Shown in pieces: positions 6,451-12,704 of a DNA stretch of 12,704 bases. The notes beneath the pieces were generated by a model. It was not told where the DNA came from, searched no databases, and saw only the letters and a list, made by a program, of their open reading frames with translations. The stretch is taken from assembly GCA_038320275.1 (NCBI GenBank), contig JBBQEB010000116.1, positions 1 to 12,704 of the forward strand. Reading direction: 5' to 3'. Position 1 is the first letter of the stretch. Every line of letters starts with the position of its first letter. The position numbers and the translations under genes were made by a program. Origin of the DNA: Myxococcales bacterium (GTDB taxonomy: Bacteria > Myxococcota > Myxococcia > Myxococcales > Anaeromyxobacteraceae).

Positions 6451-8520
6451 ATGAAGAAGATCTTGACCCTCACCGTCGCCGCGGCGCTCCTCGCGGGCTG
6501 CTCCGGCGACCGCGGCCCGCAAGGTGCCGCCGGGCCCGCAGGTGCCGCCGGCTCCGCGGGCGCGACGGGACCGCAGGGACCCGCTGCAGGCGTCGTGACC
6601 GCCCTCCCCGCGGGGCTCGTCGGCGTCGTTCGCGACACCGCTGGCGAGGCAGTGGTAGGCGCGACCGTGTACCTCGTCCCCCGCGGCGACATCCCCTCGA
6701 CACCGCTCGACCTCTCCACCATTGCCGCCGCCCGCGCAGCCACCAACGACGAGCCGCTCGAGGGCACCATCCTCGCGAAGGGCGCCGGCTACGCCAAGGC
6801 GGAGACCGACGGTGGCGGCGCCTATCGCATCGCCACCGTGGCGCCGGGCAACTACTTCGTGACGGTCGTGCCGGCTGCGTCCGACAAGGCGCACCTCCCG
6901 GGCGGCAGCATGTGCCGCACCGCCGTCGGCGACGCGGCGCTCGTCGGCAAGCAGGTAGACCTCAAGGTGTCGACCACCCCCAGCGCGAAGGCCGAGTACG
7001 TGGGCCCGAGCGCCTGCCTCAACTGCCATGGCGTCGTCCACGAGAAGCAGACGCTGCACATGCTGGGCATCCGCCCCATCGCCGCGGTGGGGCCGCTGCA
7101 GGACAGCTCGCGCTTCCCCAAGTGGAACGACGCGCTCGCGAAGTACGAGGGCGCCGGGACGACGCTCTACTACCACGCGTACAACGCGACGACGAAGGAC
7201 TGGAAGGTCTCCGAGACCGACCCCAGGATCGCCGCGCCGGCCACGGTGGTGAGCTTCACGGCGAGGCTGTTCCGCGACGCCCCCGACGGCAACAGGTACA
7301 AGGTGACGCTCACGAACGTCCAGAACGCGTCCGACCCCGGCTCGCCCAAGACCTACGTGGTGGAGTTTTCCTATGGCGGCGGCCTCTACAAGCAGCGCTA
7401 CATGTCGAGTATCGCCGGGAGCCGCTACATCCTCCCCATCCAGTACAACGCCCAGGCGGCGGCGGGCCTCGCCGGCGTCGAGCCAGCCGACCCCGCCACC
7501 CGCTGGACCTGGCAGCAGTACAACGCGCAGAACTGGTACACCGAGAACACCACCACCCCCGCCTCCTCGGTCATGAAGGAGCCGGCACCGGACAAGTCCT
7601 TCGACAACGCCTGCGCCGGCTGCCACTTCACCGGCTACAAGCTCGTCGGCAACAAGGCGAGCGCGGTCCTCGACCCCAAGGGTGAGTACGACTACGACGG
7701 CAAGGGTCTGCAGGTGATGAACGTCTCCTGCGAGAACTGCCATGGCCCCGGCTCCGAGCACTACTACGTTGCCGGGCAGGGGAAGGCCATCGTGAGCCCG
7801 AGCCTCCTCACCCCCGAGCGCGAGGTGACCATCTGCGCGCGCTGCCACACCCGCGTGGTGGGCAACGGCGGGGTGCTCGCCGCCGGGGCGCTCACCACAG
7901 AGGCCCCGCTCGGCGCCGACGGGACCATGCCGGTCGCCGGCATCAGCCGGAAGGAGTTTCTCACCGGCTACGTCTCCAAGATCGACGACGGGCTGTGGAC
8001 GGCCGCCGCGGGCGGCGACGGCCTGCACTCGGTGAAGCACCACCAGCAGGCGTCGGACTTCCTCAAGTCGGCCAAGTACCGCAACCCCATCGAGCTCATG
8101 ACCTGCGCCAGCTGCCACGACGTGCACGGCAACAGCGGGCTCGATCACCAGCTGAAGGGCGCGCTCGACACCTCGGCCACGAACGCGAACGGGATGTGCC
8201 TCGCCTGCCACGCGGCCTCCTTCCCTGGAACCGCCAGCGACACCGTCGCGAGCCGCATGCAGCAGCACTGGAAGGCCCACGGCGTCGCGGACGTCGCCAT
8301 GGGCAACATCTCCTGCGTGGACTGCCACATGCCCAAGACCGCCAAGTCGGGCTCGGGCCTCAAGCAGGCGAGCATCGCCGGCGCGCAGTACTACTCCGGC
8401 GACATCTCCTCGCACGTGTTCGACATGCCGAAGCGCTCGAGCATCACCACCAAGTCTGCGGCGATGATGCCCATCGCCTACACCAACAAGTGCGGCGTCT
8501 GCCACCAGGCAGCTCCCTAG
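6451..8520 (+). CDS. Octaheme c-type cytochrome lipoprotein with a collagen-like linker and an N-terminal beta-sandwich (carboxypeptidase-regulatory-like) domain
   Basis: Lipobox LLAGC, then nine G-X-Y triplets (GDRGPQGAAGPAGAAGSAGATGPQGPA), then GVVRDTAGEAVVGATVYL...TDGGGAYRIATVAPGNYFVTV. Eight CXXCH motifs start at 7015, 7612, 7729, 7834, 8104, 8197, 8314 and 8491. Contains c554-like VSCENCHGPGSEH. Strong RBS and strongly GC3-biased codon use. Confidence 0.93.
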   Translation: MKKILTLTVAAALLAGCSGDRGPQGAAGPAGAAGSAGATGPQGPAAGVVTALPAGLVGVVRDTAGEAVVGATVYLVPRGDIPSTPLDLSTIAAARAATNDEPLEGTILAKGAGYAKAETDGGGAYRIATVAPGNYFVTVVPAASDKAHLPGGSMCRTAVGDAALVGKQVDLKVSTTPSAKAEYVGPSACLNCHGVVHEKQTLHMLGIRPIAAVGPLQDSSRFPKWNDALAKYEGAGTTLYYHAYNATTKDWKVSETDPRIAAPATVVSFTARLFRDAPDGNRYKVTLTNVQNASDPGSPKTYVVEFSYGGGLYKQRYMSSIAGSRYILPIQYNAQAAAGLAGVEPADPATRWTWQQYNAQNWYTENTTTPASSVMKEPAPDKSFDNACAGCHFTGYKLVGNKASAVLDPKGEYDYDGKGLQVMNVSCENCHGPGSEHYYVAGQGKAIVSPSLLTPEREVTICARCHTRVVGNGGVLAAGALTTEAPLGADGTMPVAGISRKEFLTGYVSKIDDGLWTAAAGGDGLHSVKHHQQASDFLKSAKYRNPIELMTCASCHDVHGNSGLDHQLKGALDTSATNANGMCLACHAASFPGTASDTVASRMQQHWKAHGVADVAMGNISCVDCHMPKTAKSGSGLKQASIAGAQYYSGDISSHVFDMPKRSSITTKSAAMMPIAYTNKCGVCHQAAP

Positions 8521-8537
8521 CTCCGCAGCGGTGAACC

Positions 8538-8564
8538 GCGGCGGCCGGGCTCCCCGGCCGCCGC
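8538..8564 (+). terminator. GC-rich intergenic hairpin (partial terminator or mRNA-stabilising stem)
   Basis: Perfect 12-bp stem GCGGCGGCCGGG-ctc-CCCGGCCGCCGC just after the cytochrome stop. Only a weak pyrimidine tail (CCCCTTCC) follows. Confidence 0.6.
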
Positions 8565-8594
8565 CCCCTTCCAGACCCGCATCCTGCGAGAACC

Positions 8595-9335
8595 GTGAAC
8601 GCCCGCTCTCTCCTCGCGGTCTGCCTGCTCGCCGCCCCCGCGCTCACGCGAGCCGGCCCGCCTTACGCCACCGACGACCCGGAGCCGGTCGAGCTGCACC
8701 ACTTCGAGGTCTACCTCGCCGCGCAGGCCGCCTTTGCCCCCGACGGCCACGGCGGCACGGCCCCCCACTTCGAGCTGAACTACGGCGCGGCGCCGGACGT
8801 CCAGCTGCACCTCATCGCGCCGCTGGCGTGGTCGAGAGCGCCCGGCGGGCCGGCGCGGTACGGCTACGGGGACACCGAGGTCGGCGCGAAGGTCCGCTTC
8901 CTCCACGAAGGCACCTGGCGACCGCAGGTGGGCACGTTCGTCATGCTGGAGCTCCCCACCGGCGACGCGTCGCGCGACCTCGGCGCGGGCCACCTGCAGC
9001 TGCTCCTCCCCGTGTGGCTGCAGAAGAGCCTCGGCCCGTGGACGACCTACGGCGGCGGCGGGTACTGGTTCAATCGCGGCGCCCACCGCCGCGACTTCTG
9101 GTGGCTCGGCTGGCAGATGCAGCGCACCCTGTGGAGCGGCACGAGCCTCGGCGCGGAGGTGTTCCACGCCACCGCCCGGGAAGAGGGCGCCTCGGGCGAG
9201 ACGCGCTTCAACGTCGGGCTCGTCATCGACCTGAGCCCGATGCACCACCTCCTCCTCTCGGGCGGAGGCGGCCTCGGATCGCCCGGTGCGCAGGGCTACC
9301 TCGGCTACCAGCTCACCTTCGGCCCGAAGGACTGA
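8595..9335 (+). CDS. Predicted outer-membrane beta-barrel or channel protein of unknown substrate
   Basis: Signal-peptide-like N-terminus and mature start GPPYATDDPEPV. Alternating amphipathic strands rich in aromatics and Gly (FELNYG, YGDTEVGAKVRF, TTYGGGGYWF, TRFNVGLVIDL). Last strand GYLGYQLTF near the C-terminus. It resembles MetA-pathway/'transporter'-annotated barrels (from recall, not searched). Confidence 0.65.
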   Translation: MNARSLLAVCLLAAPALTRAGPPYATDDPEPVELHHFEVYLAAQAAFAPDGHGGTAPHFELNYGAAPDVQLHLIAPLAWSRAPGGPARYGYGDTEVGAKVRFLHEGTWRPQVGTFVMLELPTGDASRDLGAGHLQLLLPVWLQKSLGPWTTYGGGGYWFNRGAHRRDFWWLGWQMQRTLWSGTSLGAEVFHATAREEGASGETRFNVGLVIDLSPMHHLLLSGGGGLGSPGAQGYLGYQLTFGPKD

Positions 9336-9552
9336 TAAAGGGGCGGCCAACGAACTCCTCACCGCGTCGCAAGGCTGACGAGGCCACAACATGGCATTGG
9401 CCGCTACGAGAACCCCTGCGCGAGGCGCCGCCGGAGCTCATCCCGGATATCGCGGAACGCCTGGAGTCGTTCGGCGTCCGTTGCGCCGGCATGCGCGGGG
9501 TCGGAAAGCCCCCAGTGAATCCGGGTCGCCGGCTTCTTGCTGCCACCCCGTG

Positions 9553-10669
9553 GGGTCCAGTCCCGTCTTCTGTGTAAATCGTACGTTGCGTGAAGCCCCT
9601 CGGGTTGATCACGCCGCCTTGGCGACGGCGACGTCCTTCGACTTCAGCAGAGACATGTCCAGGTAGCGGCGGTCGGTCCAGATGGCAGTCACGTTGAGTG
9701 CGACGGCGGTGACCAGGCGGAGGGCGCTGCCCCGGTCCGGGAAGGCCCCCACCGCGTTGGTGCGGCGCTTGATCTCGCCGTGGAGCCGCTCGAGGCCGTT
9801 GGTGGAGCGGATGCGGTGCCAGTGCGCCTTGGGAAACGCATAGAACCTGGTGGCCGCCTCGAAGCCGTCGGCGAGGCACGCCATCGACTCCGGGAGCTGG
9901 CGCCCGAGGCCACCAGCGAGCTCGACCATCCGCCTGCGGGCGTCGGCCTTGCTCGGCGCCAGGAAGACCTGCCAGACAGCCTTGGCGAGCCGCGCCCTGA
10001 GCTTCTGGGGGGCCTTCCCGACGATGTTCCGCTGGAGGTGGACGCAGCACCGCTGCAGCGGCGCCTCTGGCAGGTGGTGGCGCACCGCCTTGGCCAGGCC
10101 GGCGTGCGCGTCGGCGACGACGAGCTGCACCCCCGCCATGCCGCGCTCGTTGAGCTGGGCGAGCAGATCGCTCCAGGATGCCTCCGACTCCTCCGTGCCG
10201 ATGGTGATCGCCAGGAGCTGCCGGTGGCCGTCCAGGCCGACGCCGTAGGCCTCCAGCGCCGAGACGTTCTCGACCTCGCGGGCCCACCGGGCGTCGAGGA
10301 AGGTGGCGTCGAGGAAGAGGTACGGAATCGGGCCTTCGATGGGCGCCTTCCGGAGATCCTCGACTTTGGTGCCGAGCGCCTTCGCCGTCCGGCTGACGGT
10401 CCAGCGGCTCACGTGCTCGCCCATGAGCGCCTCGGTGATCTGGCCGATGTCGCGGGTGGAAGCGCCGTGCACGTAGGCGGCCACCATGGTGTCGTCGACC
10501 TCGGCGCTCCGGCGCTTGTACCGCTCGAACACCGCGCCGCCGGCGGAGCCGGACCTCGCGAGACCGCGGCACCTTGAGGTCGATGGCGCCCATCGAGGTG
10601 ATGAGCCGCCGCAAACAGGTGCCGTTCCGGCTGTCGACCCGCTAGGCCTGCCGCTCCCACTTCTTGGCA
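9553..10669 (-). mobile_element. Truncated, decayed IS256-family element (downstream end retained, upstream end lost)
   Basis: Downstream of the transposase the minus strand reads ATTTACACAGAAGACGGGACTGGACCC (about 9553-9579), resembling IS256-family ends (TTACAC...GGAC..GACC). No matching second end was seen; similarity stops about 6 nt from the arsR stop. Ends are approximate. Confidence 0.75.
9609..10668 (-). pseudogene. IS256-family (Mutator-type DDE) transposase pseudogene
   Basis: Catalytic motifs YLFLDATF, VVADAHAGL, QRCCVHLQRN and STNGLERLHGEIKRRT are in one frame. The N-terminal motif AKKWERQA*RVDSRNGTCLRRLITSMGAIDLKVPRSRE is in another frame, with an in-frame TAG at 10642-10644, a one-base frameshift near 10554-10555 and no start codon. 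Confidence 0.88.
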
Positions 10670-10674
10670 GGCTC

Positions 10675-11025
10675 CTAGAGGCTTCCGATGAGCGCCTTGA
10701 GCCGGCGCATGGTCCGGGGCTCGACGCAGTAGCAGATGCGTGGGCCGTCAATCTCGCCACGGATCAGCCCCGCGTTCTTGAGCACCTTCAGGTGCTGCGA
10801 CACCGTGGACTGTGCGAGGGGCAGCTCGTCGACGATGTCACCGCAGATGCACGCTTGGCGGCGCACGAGCAGTCGCATGATCTGGACCCTTGCCGGGTGA
10901 CCGATGGCCTTCGCGAGGTGAGCGAGCTCCTCGTCAGCCTCGGTTCCCTCGACGGGACGCGTATCGGCAGGGTCGCGAACTGGCGGAACCGGAAGGCACG
11001 GGTCTTTCTCAGGAACGGGCGCCAC
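10675..11025 (-). CDS. arsR: ArsR/SmtB-family metalloregulatory repressor
   Basis: [45 protein letters not shown], and C-terminal GPRICYC. It is divergent from an ArsP-family permease. The start codon is somewhat uncertain. Confidence 0.9.
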   Translation of the reverse strand: MAPVPEKDPCLPVPPVRDPADTRPVEGTEADEELAHLAKAIGHPARVQIMRLLVRRQACICGDIVDELPLAQSTVSQHLKVLKNAGLIRGEIDGPRICYCVEPRTMRRLKALIGSL

Positions 11026-11055
11026 GATTCGTCGTTATACGATAACCAAGGTCAA
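11026..11055 (-). promoter_or_regulatory. Putative ArsR operator 1 and -35 element of arsR
   Basis: Imperfect palindrome GATTCG-N8-CGATAA (11026-11045, plus strand) abuts the arsR start. TTGACC on the minus strand at 11050-11055. Confidence 0.6.
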
Positions 11056-11139
11056 GCCGCAACGGAGCTGAACCAGGCGGGCCCGGGCACAAGTAGAGGA
11101 TGGCGCGACACAGCAGCGCAGCGAGAAGCCTTTCTAGTC

Positions 11140-11159
11140 TTATCGGCTTCATGCGATAA
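11140..11159. promoter_or_regulatory. Putative ArsR operator 2, for the rightward ars operon
   Basis: Perfect palindrome TTATCG-N8-CGATAA in an AT-richer patch, with the same half-site and spacing as operator 1. Confidence 0.6.
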
Positions 11160-11344
11160 AGAGCGTCGCGGGAAATCATGAACCGGTTCACGGAGCGCTC
11201 GGTCTTGGCGGTACTCGTCGGCACCATTTCCCTGCAGTCGCCATCGCCGGCGCGAAGTCGACGTTCGGGTCGTCGCTGGAGTCGCGGTGATGCTTGGAGG
11301 CCCGTACTTCGCCTGGACCGCGACTTGATTCGAGAGGACATTCG

Positions 11345-12457
11345 ATGAGCCTGCCCATGACCGGTGCGCCAGCAGCCACCCCGGCGTGCTGCGACGCTGC
11401 ACCACCCGCCGTCAAGGCGGATCCAGCGGAGCCGAAGAGCTCCACGAGGAAGACGCTGGCGCTCGTCGCCATCGCCCTCGCCGCGTGGGCGGCGGCGTAC
11501 GCCCTCGTCTTCCCGCTGTCCGAGCTCCTGACGTACCGCGCCCTCGGCCTCGCGCGGGAGTCCCACCTCGGTCAGAGCGTCGCGTTCTTCCTGTACGACA
11601 CTCCGAAGGTGCTGCTGCTCCTCATCCTGATCGTGTTCGTGATCGGCGTCATCCGGTCGTTCTTCACGGCGGAGCGTACGCGCGCGATGCTCGCGGGAAA
11701 GCGCGAGTCCGTCGGGAACGTGCTCGCGGCGACGCTCGGCATCGTCACGCCGTTCTGCTCGTGCTCGGCGGTTCCGCTGTTCATCGGCTTCGTCGAGGCG
11801 GGTATCCCGCTTGGCGTCACCCTGTCGTTCCTCATCTCCGCGCCGATGGTGAACGAGGTTGCGCTCGTCCTGCTGTTCGGGCTGTTCGGCTGGAAGGTGG
11901 CGGCGTTGTACCTCGGCACCGGGCTCAGCATCGCCATCGTGTCGGGATTCGTGCTCGGGCGGATGAAGCTCGAAAGGCACGTCGAGCCGTGGGTGTACCA
12001 GGCGATGAGCGCGAGCGGTGGGTTCGGCCGCGAGCAACTCGGGTTCACGGAGCGCGTGTGGAAGGGCGTCGAGGCCGTTCGGGAGATCGTGGGCAAGGTC
12101 TGGCCGTGGGTGCTGGCGGGCATCGCTGTAGGTGCGGGCATCCACGGGTACCTTCCAGAGGGCCTTCTCGCGAGCTTCATGGGGAAGTCGGCATGGTGGT
12201 CCGTCCCGGCGGCCGTCGCCATCGGCGTACCGATGTACTCGAACGCGGCGGGTATCATCCCGGTCGTGGAGGCGCTGCTCGGCAAAGGTGCGGCGCTCGG
12301 GACCGTGCTCGCGTTCATGATGGCGGTCATCGGCCTGTCGCTTCCCGAGATCGTCATCCTGCGGAAGGTGCTCCGGCCGCCGCTCATCGCTGCATTCGTG
12401 GGTGTCGTCGCGTCGGGGATCTTGGTGGTCGGGTGGCTGTTCAATGCGGTGCTGTGA
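11345..12457 (+). CDS. arsP: ArsP/DUF318-family permease (organoarsenical efflux family)
   Basis: Multi-TM protein with FFLYDTPKV, TPFCSCSAVPLFIGF, FLISAPMVNEV, GVPMYSNAAG, GLSLPE. RBS GAGAGGA precedes ATG 11345, preferred over the ORF-track start 11294. N-terminal vicinal CC. Confidence 0.88.
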   Translation: MSLPMTGAPAATPACCDAAPPAVKADPAEPKSSTRKTLALVAIALAAWAAAYALVFPLSELLTYRALGLARESHLGQSVAFFLYDTPKVLLLLILIVFVIGVIRSFFTAERTRAMLAGKRESVGNVLAATLGIVTPFCSCSAVPLFIGFVEAGIPLGVTLSFLISAPMVNEVALVLLFGLFGWKVAALYLGTGLSIAIVSGFVLGRMKLERHVEPWVYQAMSASGGFGREQLGFTERVWKGVEAVREIVGKVWPWVLAGIAVGAGIHGYLPEGLLASFMGKSAWWSVPAAVAIGVPMYSNAAGIIPVVEALLGKGAALGTVLAFMMAVIGLSLPEIVILRKVLRPPLIAAFVGVVASGILVVGWLFNAVL

Positions 12458-12468
12458 TGGAGGAGCTC

Positions 12469-12704
12469 GTGGGAATCCAGGTTCTCGGGACCGGCTGTGC
12501 GAAGTGCAAGCAGCTCACGTCGAACACCGAGCAGGCCGTCGCGGAGCTCGGGCTCGCTACGAAGGTCGAGAAGGTCGAGGACATCCGCGAGATCATGAAA
12601 TTCGGCGTGATGATCACGCCGGCTCTCGCCGTGAACGGCAAGGTCGTGTCGGCTGGAACAGTCCTCGCGCCCGACGCGCTCGAGAAGCTGCTGGGCAGCG
12701 TCAC
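12469..12704 (+). CDS. Small thioredoxin-like redox-active disulfide protein (MTH895/Thioredoxin_3 type); runs off the window end
   Basis: Not in the ORF track because the stop lies outside the window. It translates as (M)GIQVLGTGCAKCKQLTSNTEQAVAELGLATKVEKVEDIREIMKFGVMITPALAVNGKVVSAG..., with CXXC and a TP cis-Pro motif. GGAGG precedes GTG 12469; an alternative in-frame ATG at 12457 overlaps the arsP stop. Confidence 0.88.
   Translation, partial: MGIQVLGTGCAKCKQLTSNTEQAVAELGLATKVEKVEDIREIMKFGVMITPALAVNGKVVSAGTVLAPDALEKLLGSV

Noticed and set aside
6451..8520. Naming the cytochrome nrfA, onr, mccA/sirA, hao or otr
   Set aside because: No CXXCK, no CX15CH and no Cu-binding Cys pair are present, and orthology cannot be established by eye.
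342..8534. Long alternative-frame ORFs (342-1949, 2361-3479, 2723-5353, 3636-4829, 5931-7685, 6214-8505, 7995-8534 and similar)
   Set aside because: They are shadow ORFs typical of high-GC DNA: low-complexity Arg/Gly/Pro-rich or antisense translations that overlap genes with clear family motifs.
9341..9348. GGGCGGCC matching the tRNA 3' region (2037-2044) as a possible att site bounding an island
   Set aside because: An 8-bp all-GC match is expected by chance at this composition, and no integrase is in the window.
9336..9552. Possible gene fragment or small RNA between the barrel gene and the IS end
   Set aside because: No recognisable motif, convincing start or stable structure was found; left unannotated.
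10550..10645. Programmed frameshift or stop-codon read-through in the transposase
   Set aside because: No slippery sequence is present, IS256 transposases are normally single ORFs, and the gene also lacks its start, so decay is the simpler explanation.
10669..10760. ORF-track start of the transposase at 10760
   Set aside because: That stretch is an off-frame read of the arsR 3' end with no transposase similarity.

Overview
GC-rich bacterial DNA; gene content and style suggest an anaerobic deltaproteobacterium or myxobacterium such as Anaeromyxobacter (inference only). From left to right: (1) the 3' part of a superfamily-1 UvrD-like helicase fused to an ankyrin repeat; (2) a tRNA-Leu(UAA) gene; (3) a three-component sensory system of AioX/AioS/AioR-like design, made of a PhnD-fold lipoprotein with a Cys at the AioX-like position, a HAMP histidine kinase and a convergently placed sigma-54 NtrC-type activator; (4) its probable target, a divergent operon with a -24/-12 promoter and tandem palindromic enhancer-like sites, encoding an eight-CXXCH lipoprotein cytochrome c with a collagen-like segment and a small predicted outer-membrane beta-barrel; (5) a decayed, 5'-truncated IS256; (6) the start of an ars module (arsR divergent from an ArsP-family permease and a small CXXC thioredoxin-like protein). 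The most interesting element is the sensor plus octaheme plus barrel module. The cytochrome lacks the diagnostic motifs of NrfA/ONR and MccA/SirA, so it may be an uncharacterised oxyanion-induced redox system. All calls come from motif recognition by eye; no database search was run.
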